In this document: piece by piece, positions 27,320 to 36,313 of the stretch
Layout of the letters: every line of letters begins with the position of its first letter
Position numbering within the stretch: the first letter of the stretch is position 1
From: Candidatus Zixiibacteriota bacterium
GTDB taxonomy: Bacteria; RBG-13-66-14; B26-G2; WVWN01
Assembly (NCBI GenBank): GCA_050117845.1
Contig: JASFLY010000014.1
Location: 1 to 64,000 of the forward strand
DNA length: 64,000 nucleotides
Direction of reading: 5' to 3'
Made by a program: the position numbers and the translations under genes
Notes under the pieces: generated by a model
Seen by the model: the letters and a program-made list of their open reading frames with translations, nothing else
Databases searched by the model: none
What the model was told of the DNA's origin: nothing

Positions 27320-28060
27320 TCAGGGAGCGGTGGATATGTCCAGTTTGTATATACGCCGGGCGCCGGTGTCGCCCAGGAAGAGGTAGGTCCCGTCCCAGGC
27401 CAGCCCCGCCGGATGCCAGCCGGGCGTGCAGAACTTGCGGTCGACGTCGAAGTTGCTCGTGCGGTGGCGATTGAGCCAGCCGTCCCGCCAGTCGGCCGAC
27501 CAGGTCCGGCCTCCCGCCCGGGTCATGCCCCGAATGGACTCCTCGCCCGTACCCACGCGCCGGATGGATCCCCGGTTCCAGCCGTCGTCGTATTCATATA
27601 CGGCCCGGGTCCCGGCGTCCAGGACGTAGAAGGTGCCGTCCTCGTAGAACATCGCCCGGATATCGGCGAGGCCGGTCGGGAAGGTCGCCAGCTCCTCCAT
27701 GCGCGGCGTAATGCGGTGGCGCCAGACGTCGCCCGTGTCGCGGCTCGCGACGTAGAGGTACGTCCCGTCGCTGCATATCGCGGACGGCGGGCCGTAAGTC
27801 GTCCCGACGAAGGAGAGGATGCTGCCGTTCGCCGGGTCCACCTTGTAGATGAGGCCCGCGCCCTCCTCGTCCGCGACCCAGAGGTGGCCGTCGACGTACG
27901 TGAGGTCGGCCAGGCCCTTGTCCGGCGTTTCGAACCACCCGACGACCTCGAAGTACGACTCGCGCTTGTACTCCTCGGCCGCCTCCGGGCCGGAGCTACA
28001 ACTCGTCACCAGCGCCGCCGCCAGCGCGCCGGCGGCGACGACGTTAAAGATCGCTCGCAT
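27320..28060 (-). CDS. Beta-propeller lipoprotein
   Basis: VTSC lipobox; LTYVDGHLWV, CSDGTYLYV and PAGLAWDGTYLFL repeats like those of the 37.9-43.3 kb propellers. Confidence 0.78.
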   Translation of the reverse strand: MRAIFNVVAAGALAAALVTSCSSGPEAAEEYKRESYFEVVGWFETPDKGLADLTYVDGHLWVADEEGAGLIYKVDPANGSILSFVGTTYGPPSAICSDGTYLYVASRDTGDVWRHRITPRMEELATFPTGLADIRAMFYEDGTFYVLDAGTRAVYEYDDGWNRGSIRRVGTGEESIRGMTRAGGRTWSADWRDGWLNRHRTSNFDVDRKFCTPGWHPAGLAWDGTYLFLGDTGARRIYKLDISTAP

Positions 28061-28065
28061 TGACG

Positions 28066-28452
28066 TTATTCGGCGGAAACTGCGGCCGCGGTGGAAAGGT
28101 CGGCCCCTTCGTCGATCTCCTCGACGTTACGGCTTTCCGCCTCTTCCGGGTCCTCTTCCCCGAATTCGAAGTACTCCTCGTATTCTTCTGCTTCTTTATC
28201 CTCTTCTTCCGCTTTGAGCTTGGCTTCTTTCTTCTTCTTGGCGAGGGCGATATTCTGCCAGATGGCGACGGTCGCGATTCCCGCGATGGCGATGAGGCCG
28301 AATATGGGGGCCCCGATGCCGTCGTCTTCTTCTTCGCCGCCGCCCGTGCCGCCCGTGGCCGCGCCCGCCGGCGCCGCGCCCGACAATACCAGGCCGGCCG
28401 CGACGAGCGAAACGATTGCCACGTAAGACGTAATACCTTTTATTAAAGACAT
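28066..28452 (-). CDS. Hypothetical membrane-anchored protein with acidic tail
   Basis: Start moved to MSLIKG; signal, one TM helix, Lys-rich then Glu-rich tail. Confidence 0.65.
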   Translation of the reverse strand: MSLIKGITSYVAIVSLVAAGLVLSGAAPAGAATGGTGGGEEEDDGIGAPIFGLIAIAGIATVAIWQNIALAKKKKEAKLKAEEEDKEAEEYEEYFEFGEEDPEEAESRNVEEIDEGADLSTAAAVSAE

Positions 28453-28507
28453 CCTTATTGCCACCTTTCGTATTTGTGCTTCGTACCCTGTCAGCACTCC
28501 CGAACCT

Positions 28508-28589
28508 ATTTTACCACTCCCGCCACGGGGTGTCAAAGGGTAATTCCGGCCATTCCGCCCTTGCCGCCGGCCTTCCGTTCTATTATAAT
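28508..28589. promoter_or_regulatory. Back-to-back divergent sigma70 promoters
   Basis: Minus: TTGACA(28536-31)-17-TAAAAT(28513-08). Plus: TTGCCG(28561)-17-TATAAT(28584). Confidence 0.7.
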
Positions 28590-28617
28590 CCGTTTGAACG
28601 TTAAAGAGGACCCGCCT

Positions 28618-29562
28618 ATGAAACTTCCGTGGAAGGCAACGCCGGGCAAGGAATTCGACGTAGTCGGCATGGGCTGCGCCGCGATGGATATCGTGGCCGA
28701 AGTCGACCGTTTGCCCGAGCTGGATGAAAAGATGCACGCCCTCTCGATGGACCGCCAGGGCGGCGGCCCCGTAGGAACGGCGCTTATCGTCTGCGCCCGG
28801 ATGGGCCTTTCGGCCGCGTTCGCGGGCCAGGTGGGCGACGACTTCGCCGGCCAGTTCGTCATAGACGAATTTCGCCGGGAAGGCGTTAACCTTCGCGGCG
28901 AGGTCCTGCATCCCCACACGCGGTCACAAATCTCGCTCGTGCTGGTGGACCGGCCCAGCGGCAAGCGGACCGTCATCTCGGGCCGGGGCGAGCTCGCCGA
29001 CGCCGTATGCGACCGGATGCGCCACGAGATGGCGCGGGAGGGCAAGGTCCTCCACGTGGACGGCTACGACATGGACGCGGCCATCTGCTTCGCCGACGAG
29101 TGCCGCGCGGCCGGCGGCATCGTCGTCTACGACGTCGGCTCCGTCAAGGAGGGGACGGTCGAACTCCTGGCCCGGACGGACGTGGCCGTAACGAGCCGCG
29201 TCTTCGCCGACGACATGTTCGGCCACTCGGACCGCGAGGCCGCCTGCCGGGCCCTCGTCGAAATGGGCCCCTCCTACGCCGGCGTGACGCTGGGGGAGGC
29301 CGGGGCCGTGGGCCTCGACGGCGACGAGTTCTTCGAGGTCGCGCCCTTCCGCGTGGAGCCGGTGGTGGACACGACCGGCGCGGGGGACGTCTTCCACGGC
29401 GCGCTGGACGTCGCCATCCTCCGGGGTTGGGACTTCAAAACGTGCATGACCTTCGCCTCGGCGGTGGCGGCGATGAAGTGCCGCGTCCTCGGCGGCCGCG
29501 CCGGCATCCCCACCTTCGACGAGGCAATGGCGTTTCTGGCCGAGCGCGGTTTCAATTTCTAA
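28618..29562 (+). CDS. PfkB family carbohydrate kinase
   Basis: QGGGPVGTA, GQVGDDFAG, VTLGEAG, VVDTTGAGDVFHGA. Confidence 0.93.
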   Translation: MKLPWKATPGKEFDVVGMGCAAMDIVAEVDRLPELDEKMHALSMDRQGGGPVGTALIVCARMGLSAAFAGQVGDDFAGQFVIDEFRREGVNLRGEVLHPHTRSQISLVLVDRPSGKRTVISGRGELADAVCDRMRHEMAREGKVLHVDGYDMDAAICFADECRAAGGIVVYDVGSVKEGTVELLARTDVAVTSRVFADDMFGHSDREAACRALVEMGPSYAGVTLGEAGAVGLDGDEFFEVAPFRVEPVVDTTGAGDVFHGALDVAILRGWDFKTCMTFASAVAAMKCRVLGGRAGIPTFDEAMAFLAERGFNF

Positions 29563-29581
29563 AAAAGATGAGGTTATCAGC

Positions 29582-29764
29582 GTGGGCGTAATGGAGTTAC
29601 TGGTAATATTTATCGTCGTCCTGTTTGTAATCGTCGTCGTGTCGGCGGCGGGTATCGTGGCCGTGTTCGTCGTCGCGAAGATAATGATGCCGGACGCGTT
29701 CAAGCGCCGCAAGGCCGAGGCCGCCGCCGAAGGGGCCGCCCCCCCCCAATACCCCGCCCAATAA
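29582..29764 (+). CDS. Small single-TM membrane protein
   Basis: GAGG SD, long hydrophobic stretch followed by a basic cluster. Confidence 0.55.
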   Translation: MGVMELLVIFIVVLFVIVVVSAAGIVAVFVVAKIMMPDAFKRRKAEAAAEGAAPPQYPAQ

Positions 29765-29772
29765 GGAAACGG

Positions 29773-29868
29773 ATGAATAAAACGGTCGTAAAGGTTCTGG
29801 CGGGGACGGTCGCCGCCGGCCTTATCGTGATGTTTTTCATCGTCGTATATATCAAACTGCTGGCGTAG
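29773..29868 (+). CDS. 31-aa single-TM small protein (not in ORF track)
   Basis: AAGGA SD, MNKTVVKVLAGTVAAGLIVMFFIVVYIKLLA-stop. Confidence 0.5.
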   Translation: MNKTVVKVLAGTVAAGLIVMFFIVVYIKLLA

Positions 29869-29908
29869 CGCCGGGCAATCGGTAACGGTCCGGGAACGGA
29901 GGGGCCGG

Positions 29909-30382
29909 ATGAAATTTAAATTGGCGATATTGATTTGTATGTGTGTCGCCGCGGCCGGTTGCATGCGCGGCGGCGACTACGACATGACGCTTCGGCGCGA
30001 GGGTTATATAAAAGTGTCGGGTGGTTGCGTCGCCTATACGGCGGGCGAGATGCGGTTCATGCCGAAGGCGGACGGCTCGGTTCGGGTCGTGGTAAACAAC
30101 AGGGGCGGCTGGTTTCGCGTCGGCTCCGGCCCCTTCCACGGTTGCGACGTGTCGATTTCGGAAGATGAGGCCTGGACCTTCTTCGCCGTCGTCAAGGACA
30201 TGCTGGATTATCCGAGGGAAGCCGACCACGGCCCCAGCACGCGGATGGCCGTGGTCGAGATATACCTTCCACTGAAGAGCGGGGATATCGAAACGACGTG
30301 GCGGGAGGCCGACGGCAAATACGACCTCGATCCCCTGTTGGACTATCTCCAGGAGTCGGTCGAATCCTTTGCCGCGAAATGA
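29909..30382 (+). CDS. Hypothetical lipoprotein (paralog A)
   Basis: AAGC lipobox; GYIKVSGGC, STRMAVVEIYLP, ETTWRE. Confidence 0.78.
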   Translation: MKFKLAILICMCVAAAGCMRGGDYDMTLRREGYIKVSGGCVAYTAGEMRFMPKADGSVRVVVNNRGGWFRVGSGPFHGCDVSISEDEAWTFFAVVKDMLDYPREADHGPSTRMAVVEIYLPLKSGDIETTWREADGKYDLDPLLDYLQESVESFAAK

Positions 30383-30413
30383 GACGAATCAACGGGTAAC
30401 GCGGGAGGTGGAA

Positions 30414-30893
30414 ATGAATCGGTCGTTCGTTTGTGCCCTTCTGGTCGCGGCCGCGGCCTGCAGCGGCGGCCGGGATGCGAAGGTGCGGGGCTTCGAGCTG
30501 GAGAGTAACGGATACGTAAAAATATCCGGCGGGTGCGAATGCTATACGGAGGGCCTGATAACCTTCCGGCCGGCCTTCGGCGACGCCGTCGAGGTGGAGG
30601 TGGACAACTCCCGCGGCTGGTTCTACGAGAATAACGAACCGCTCGAGAGCTTCACGTTCAAGATGGATACGGGCGAAGCGGCCCTGTTCTTCGAGGAACT
30701 CAAGTACGTGCTGGACAACCCCATCCCGACCGACACGTGCAGTACCCGGGCGGCGGTTATCGAGGTCTACCTCCCCTTCCGGGGCGACACCGTCGTGGAG
30801 ACGACCTGGCGCGAGATGGATATGGAACAAGACGTTGGTTTGCTCGTCGGTTTCCTGGAGGATTTCGTGGGGGAGCGGCACAAGGGATTATGA
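30414..30893 (+). CDS. Hypothetical lipoprotein (paralog B)
   Basis: GGAGG SD, AAAC lipobox; GYVKISGGC, STRAAVIEVYLP, ETTWRE. Confidence 0.78.
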   Translation: MNRSFVCALLVAAAACSGGRDAKVRGFELESNGYVKISGGCECYTEGLITFRPAFGDAVEVEVDNSRGWFYENNEPLESFTFKMDTGEAALFFEELKYVLDNPIPTDTCSTRAAVIEVYLPFRGDTVVETTWREMDMEQDVGLLVGFLEDFVGERHKGL

Positions 30894-31771
30894 CTCCGGC
30901 GGAAATAGCCGTCGTTGGCGCGGGGCCGGCGGGAGTCGCGGCCGCGGTGCAACTCCGGCGCTGCGGCCTCGACCCCACCGTGTACGAACGGGGCCCCGTC
31001 GGCGGCCTCCTCCATAACGCCCACCTCGTCGAGAACTACCCCGGCTTCCCGGAAGGCATCGCCGGCGCGGAACTCGCGACCCGGTTGGAGGACCACCTGC
31101 GCCGGTACGACGTGGCGCTCTGCCGGGAGGAGGTGACTGCGGCCTCGTTCGAGGGAGACGCGTTCGTCGTCGAGGCCGCCGGTTCACCCCGGCCGTATCC
31201 GCTTCTCATCGTCGCCTCCGGGACGCGGCCCCGGGAGTTTCCGGGTCTCGGGGCCGAGACCTACGGCCGGGTGTTCTACGACGTGTACCGGATGGGGGAC
31301 GTTTCCGGCAAGCGCGTCGTCGTCGTGGGGGCGGGGGACGCGGCCTTCGACTACGCGCTGAACCTGGGCCGCGGGAGCGACGTGCTCATCCTGGGCCGGG
31401 GGGCAAGGCCGCGCTGCATCCCGCCGCTCGAGAGCCGCGTCGCCGCCGCGCCGAACGTCGAATACCGGCCGGCCGCGGAGGTGTCGAAGCTGGACGTGAC
31501 GGGCCTGGGCGTGGACCTGACCGTCGAGGGGCCGGAGGGCCCCGAGGCCGTTCGCGCCGACTACGTCCTTCTGGCGCTGGGCCGGGAGCCGGAGATGGGT
31601 TTCATCGGAGAATCTTTTATGGAGAAGGCCGGGAAGTTGGAGGTGGACGGCCGGCTGTACTTCGTCGGCGACGTGCGCAACGGTGACCTGCGCCAGGCGG
31701 CCATCGCCGCCGGCGACGGCCTACGGGCCGCTATGAGGATATATAAAAAGATGAAAGAGGGACAGGTTTGA
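30890..31771 (+). CDS. Thioredoxin-reductase-like NAD(P)/FAD oxidoreductase lacking CxxC
   Basis: VVGAGPAG, ENYPGFPEGI, IVASG, VVGAGDAAFD, YFVGDV..RQAAIAAGDG; ATGA overlap. Confidence 0.88.
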   Translation: MTPAEIAVVGAGPAGVAAAVQLRRCGLDPTVYERGPVGGLLHNAHLVENYPGFPEGIAGAELATRLEDHLRRYDVALCREEVTAASFEGDAFVVEAAGSPRPYPLLIVASGTRPREFPGLGAETYGRVFYDVYRMGDVSGKRVVVVGAGDAAFDYALNLGRGSDVLILGRGARPRCIPPLESRVAAAPNVEYRPAAEVSKLDVTGLGVDLTVEGPEGPEAVRADYVLLALGREPEMGFIGESFMEKAGKLEVDGRLYFVGDVRNGDLRQAAIAAGDGLRAAMRIYKKMKEGQV

Positions 31772-32724
31772 AAGTCGTGGCCGCGTCGGGCCGGCCCGAC
31801 CTCGCGACCGCGTACGTCGCGGCGTTCGAGGACGACAAGCTGGCCGAGTTCGTCGAGGCGGTCCAACCGCCGTATCCCATCGGCGAGAAGTGGGTGCTTA
31901 TAGTTTCGTCGCTCTTCGGCTGCCCCGTGGCCTGCCGCATGTGCGACGCCGGCGGTTACTACCGCGGGAAGATGTCCGCGGCCGAGATATTTAGCCAGAT
32001 AGATTTTTTGGTGGAGCGGCGGTACCCGTCGCGGGAGGTCCCGGCGAAGAAGTTCAAGATCCAGTTCGCCCGGGTAGGGGAGCCCGCGCTCAACGGCGCC
32101 GTCCTGGACGTCCTGGAGGGGTTGCCGGGGCGCTACGACGCGCCGGGCCTCATGCCCGCCGTATCCACCGTGGCGCCGGCGGGGGCGGACGACTTCTTCG
32201 AACGGCTCCGCGCCGTAAAGAGCCGATATTATTCCGGCGGCCGCTTCCAGCTCCAGTTCTCCATCCACACCACCGACGAGGGGATGCGCGACCGGCTGGT
32301 CCCGGTCCGGAAGTGGCCCGTGGCCCGCGTGGCCGCTTACGGCGAGTCCTTCTTCGAACCGGGCGACCGCAAGATAACGCTCAACTTCGCACTGGCGGAG
32401 GGGGCACCGCTCGACGCCGGCCGGTTGGCCCGGACCTTCGACCCCGAGAAATTCCTCGTCAAGTTGACGCCGCTCAACCCGACCTACACCGCGAGGCGCA
32501 ACGGCCTGCGCTCCCATATCGAGGCGTCGGCCGCGGCCGGGGAAGGCCGGATCGTCGAGGACCTTCGGGCCGAGGGCTTCGACGTCATCCTGAGCATCGG
32601 CGAGCCCGAGGAAAATTTAATAGGCAGCAACTGCGGCCAGTTCCTCCGGGCCCGGCTGGCCGCCCGGGAGGAGCTGCCGGACGGCTACACCTATCCGGTG
32701 GAGGCGTTCTCGGCCGAAGGCTAG
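31768..32724 (+). CDS. RlmN/Cfr-like radical SAM protein (truncated, atypical)
   Basis: VSSLFGCPVACRMC, GEPALN, LQFSIH..RDRLVP, GSNCGQ. Confidence 0.85.
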   Translation: MKVVAASGRPDLATAYVAAFEDDKLAEFVEAVQPPYPIGEKWVLIVSSLFGCPVACRMCDAGGYYRGKMSAAEIFSQIDFLVERRYPSREVPAKKFKIQFARVGEPALNGAVLDVLEGLPGRYDAPGLMPAVSTVAPAGADDFFERLRAVKSRYYSGGRFQLQFSIHTTDEGMRDRLVPVRKWPVARVAAYGESFFEPGDRKITLNFALAEGAPLDAGRLARTFDPEKFLVKLTPLNPTYTARRNGLRSHIEASAAAGEGRIVEDLRAEGFDVILSIGEPEENLIGSNCGQFLRARLAAREELPDGYTYPVEAFSAEG

Positions 32725-32810
32725 GCCGGGATGCGAGATGCTTCAAGGTTAATAAGTCGGGTTACTTTAAATATAAATCAAACGTGACGCGCGAACGGAG
32801 GCGGCGTAAT

Positions 32811-34850
32811 ATGAGATACGGAATGCTTTTAATACTACTCGCGGCCGCGGGGCCGGTGGCGGCGGCGACGGTCGGCCATACGGTGGGGGACGCGGCCGCG
32901 GGAGGTTCCGACGTGGTCAACGTCGCGGGCGACCCGGCCCCGGGGCCCTACGACGCGCCGCCCTCTTTCCCCGGGTGGCCCATAACGATTTCCGCGAACG
33001 GGACCTTCGCCCCCAACGACAACCCGACCTTCTACGACCTCGACCGCGACGGCGACCTCGAGATCCTGGTCGGGACGTCGACGGGACAGGTTTATATTTG
33101 GAACCACGACGGCTCGGCCTTCCCCGGATGGCCGCAGACCTGTTCGCCCTACTGCCAGAGCGGCCCGGCGGTGGGGGACATAGACGGCGACGGCGAGCCG
33201 GAAGTGGTGGCGTTCAGCCGCGGCCCGTCGAGCGGCGGCTCGATTTACGCCTGGGAGACCGACGGGAGTGCGACGGCGGGTTTCCCCACGTCGCTCGGCG
33301 GCAACAACCCGTCGGAGTCGGCGAGCCTGCGCGACATGGACCGCGACGGCGACCTGGACATCATCGTCGGCGTGCGCCGCTATCCGGTGGCGGACCTCTA
33401 CATTCTGGAGGGCGACGGCACGCCCTGGACCGGTTGGCCGGTGGAACTCGACCACGTCCCGTCCTGCACGGCGGCCACGGGCGACCTGGACGGCGACGGC
33501 CAGCTCGAGTTCGCCTACTCCACCTATCAGTCGCTGTACGCCTTTGAAACCGACGGCACGATTATGCCGGGGTGGCCCTTCACGCCCGGCGGCGACTACC
33601 GCTTCAACTACTCGGCGCCCGCCCTCTGCGACTTCGACGGCAACGGCGATATGGAGATAGCGTGCCCGGTCGATACGCTGAGCGGCACAGGCCGGATGTA
33701 CGTCTTCCACCATAACGGTTCGGCGGCCGCCGGCTGGCCCGTGAACCTCAACCACCCGCACGCCTACGGCTCGCCCTCCGTCGGCGACGTGGACAACGAC
33801 GGCCAGATGGAGATTATCTTGGGCGACGACAACATCAACGCGGCCCAGAATACTGGAACGCTTTATTGTTGGAACTTCGACGGCTCGAACGTCCCCGGCT
33901 GGCCCGTGACCGTTCCCAACTCCTGGCAGATCCGCGGCAACCCGGTTGTGGCGGACCTCGACGGCGACGGCCGCCTCGAGATTACGGCCGGGGCGGCGAT
34001 TATGGAAACGTCCACCTCGCAGAGCTGGCTTCACGGCTACGACCACGACGGTACGCCGATGGATGATTGGCCCATTCGCGTCACCGGGTGGACCACGGAT
34101 AATATCGGCGCCGCGGCGGACGTGGACGGCGACGGCGACGCCGACTACTGCCACCTCTCGAACGACAATGCCAATAACGCGTACGTCCACCTCTGGGACC
34201 TCCCCGGAACCTGGGACCGCGCGCTCGCGGCCTGGCCCACCTACCACCACGACTGCTGGCATACGGGCGAGACGAACCTCGACGTGCCGATCGGCGTGGG
34301 GGAGGCGGACTTCGCGGCGACGGGCGTCCCCGCCGGCGTCAGGCTCACGTGGCGCGACCCCGCGCGTAACGAAAAAGTTGGCTACGACCTGTACCGCAAG
34401 GCGAAGGCGGAAGACGCCGACAGATACGGCCAAATTAACGCCGCGCCCATAACGGGCCTGGGGCCCTATCGCTTCCTCGACGAGGGTGCCGCGGCCGGCG
34501 AAACCTACTCCTATATATTAAAGGCGACCGCTCCTTCCGGCGTCGTGAAGTCGTACGGGCCGGTGGAGGTTAAGGCGGGCGGGACCCGGCCGGCCGCGTT
34601 CGGCCTGGCCGTGCGGCCCAACCCGACGCGGCGCAACGCGACCTTCGCCTTCAGCCTGGCCGGTCCGTGCCACGCGACCCTCGAGCTTTACGACCTCTCC
34701 GGCCGCTCGGTGGCCGTGCTCTTCGACGGGCCGGCCCCCGCGGGCCCGAGCGAGGTGGCGGCGACGCTCGACCTCGCGCCCGGCGTGTACGTCTCCCGGC
34801 TGGAGGCCGCGGGCGAGACGGCGACGAAACGCGTGGTCGTGATCCGCTAG
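32811..34850 (+). CDS. Secreted FG-GAP/VCBS repeat protein with T9SS type A-like C-terminal domain
   Basis: Signal MRYGML; P-x-VGD(L/I)DGDG..E(I/V) and GWP repeats; PNP..LELYDLSGRSV..PGVYVSRL..KRVVVIR. Confidence 0.88.
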   Translation: MRYGMLLILLAAAGPVAAATVGHTVGDAAAGGSDVVNVAGDPAPGPYDAPPSFPGWPITISANGTFAPNDNPTFYDLDRDGDLEILVGTSTGQVYIWNHDGSAFPGWPQTCSPYCQSGPAVGDIDGDGEPEVVAFSRGPSSGGSIYAWETDGSATAGFPTSLGGNNPSESASLRDMDRDGDLDIIVGVRRYPVADLYILEGDGTPWTGWPVELDHVPSCTAATGDLDGDGQLEFAYSTYQSLYAFETDGTIMPGWPFTPGGDYRFNYSAPALCDFDGNGDMEIACPVDTLSGTGRMYVFHHNGSAAAGWPVNLNHPHAYGSPSVGDVDNDGQMEIILGDDNINAAQNTGTLYCWNFDGSNVPGWPVTVPNSWQIRGNPVVADLDGDGRLEITAGAAIMETSTSQSWLHGYDHDGTPMDDWPIRVTGWTTDNIGAAADVDGDGDADYCHLSNDNANNAYVHLWDLPGTWDRALAAWPTYHHDCWHTGETNLDVPIGVGEADFAATGVPAGVRLTWRDPARNEKVGYDLYRKAKAEDADRYGQINAAPITGLGPYRFLDEGAAAGETYSYILKATAPSGVVKSYGPVEVKAGGTRPAAFGLAVRPNPTRRNATFAFSLAGPCHATLELYDLSGRSVAVLFDGPAPAGPSEVAATLDLAPGVYVSRLEAAGETATKRVVVIR

Positions 34851-34853
34851 CGT

Positions 34854-35783
34854 ATGGCCGAACAGGAGTGGCTCGAGGTCCCGGTCTTCATCCACGGCAT
34901 CACGTCCGAGCGTGAGCCGCGGTCCCACGCCTCGACTTATCTCGCCTTCCAGGCGCGGGTCAACAAGGAACTCCGAGGCCGGGGCCTCTCTCCCTGGCCC
35001 GAGCCCCCCATCATGGTGGAGTGGGGGTGGGAGGCTTCGCTCGGGCCGGACAAGTACCTGGCCGAGGCCGAACGCGTCGTCGCCGGCGAAGCGCTCCGGC
35101 TCGCGGCGGGCGAGAAGCGCCGCGGCTTCAACTTCAACCCCCTGCGCAAGTTCACCGACGGCGCCCGTGAGGCGTTCCTATACGGCTTCGCGGACATGTT
35201 CTACTACGTCTCGGCCGACGGCGCCAAGGCCGTGCGCGAAAACGTCTACCGGCACCTCGACGCGGAGATAGAACGGCATATCAAGGGGAGTCGGGCGGCC
35301 CGGCGCCGGGGCGTGTCGCTCACCTTCGTCACCCATAGCGCCGGGACCGTCATAGGCCACGACTTCCTCTACCGCCTCTTCGGCTGGGGGGCCCGGCCGC
35401 TGTTGGGCGTAACGTTGAATAAGATACGCCGGCTGGCCCGCCGAGGTCGCCTCCGCGTCCGGCGTTTCTACACCATGGGCTCGCCCATCGTGCCTTTTAT
35501 CTTCCGGTCCGCCGAACTCGTGGAGAAGATTCGGCGCAGGGAGAAACTTAGGCCGGAGGTAATCGGCCTGGGGCCGACGGAGGGCCTCTCCAACCCCCGC
35601 TGGGTCAACTTCTGGACGCGGGACGACCTGGTGGCCTATCCGGTGGCCTTCCTTTATGATAAGGTGGAGGGGGAACGGGTCGTCGTAGACCGTTGCGTGT
35701 CGCTGGGAGAGGGCTTCCCCCGCGTCCACTCGGCCTACTGGGAGAGCGACGAGATAGCGGAGGTGGTGGCCGAAACGTTCTGA
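34854..35783 (+). CDS. Alpha/beta-hydrolase fold protein
   Basis: VFIHGI, VTHSAGT nucleophile elbow, YTMGSP, WVNFW..DDLVAYP, HSAYW. Confidence 0.7.
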   Translation: MAEQEWLEVPVFIHGITSEREPRSHASTYLAFQARVNKELRGRGLSPWPEPPIMVEWGWEASLGPDKYLAEAERVVAGEALRLAAGEKRRGFNFNPLRKFTDGAREAFLYGFADMFYYVSADGAKAVRENVYRHLDAEIERHIKGSRAARRRGVSLTFVTHSAGTVIGHDFLYRLFGWGARPLLGVTLNKIRRLARRGRLRVRRFYTMGSPIVPFIFRSAELVEKIRRREKLRPEVIGLGPTEGLSNPRWVNFWTRDDLVAYPVAFLYDKVEGERVVVDRCVSLGEGFPRVHSAYWESDEIAEVVAETF

Positions 35784-35859
35784 CGCAGGACGGCGCCCCC
35801 GTTAAAATATACGTTATATTAATCGGAACGGAACCGCGTCACGATAGGGAATCCTTCAC

Positions 35860-36264
35860 ATGAAGATACTGGTAAAATTATTATTTTCTATTACGTTAAT
35901 TATCGCCGCTATCGGCCTGGCCTGCGGCGGCAACGGCCGGGCCGAGGTCGAGGATACGTCTTCGGCTGAAACGGCCTCGGCCGACGCTGAAACGGCCGCG
36001 GCCGACGCTGAAACGGCCTCGACGGAAGAAATGGAAAATAAACTGACCGACGAGGAAATCGCGGCTTTATTGCCGCCCCTGGAAGATCGGCCCGCGTGCC
36101 CCGTATGCGGCTCGAAGAAGAACGTCGTGCCGATAGTGTACGGCAAGCCGAGCTGGGAACTTGTCGAGGCGGCCCGGCGGGGCGAAGTCGTCATCGAGGG
36201 TTGCGTCCATCCCGAGGACGCGCCCGAGTGGCACTGCCGGAGCTGCGGCCGGGAATGGAAGTAG
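35860..36264 (+). CDS. Lipoprotein with repeat linker and C-terminal Zn-ribbon
   Basis: GLAC lipobox; CPVC..IVYGKP..GC..WHCRSC. Confidence 0.75.
   Translation: MKILVKLLFSITLIIAAIGLACGGNGRAEVEDTSSAETASADAETAAADAETASTEEMENKLTDEEIAALLPPLEDRPACPVCGSKKNVVPIVYGKPSWELVEAARRGEVVIEGCVHPEDAPEWHCRSCGREWK
35965..36021 (+). repeat. 21-bp in-frame tandem repeat (about 2.7 copies)
   Basis: GCTGAAACGGCC(T/G)CGGCCGAC units encoding AETA(S/A)AD. Confidence 0.85.
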
Positions 36265-36313
36265 TCTAGTCTCCGGGCGGCCCGAGCCGCCCATCCCCCA
36301 TACAGGGAGGGTT

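Noticed and set aside
31768..32724. Calling this gene rlmN or cfr
   Set aside because: It lacks the resolving Cys, the MGMGE motif and the N-terminal domain
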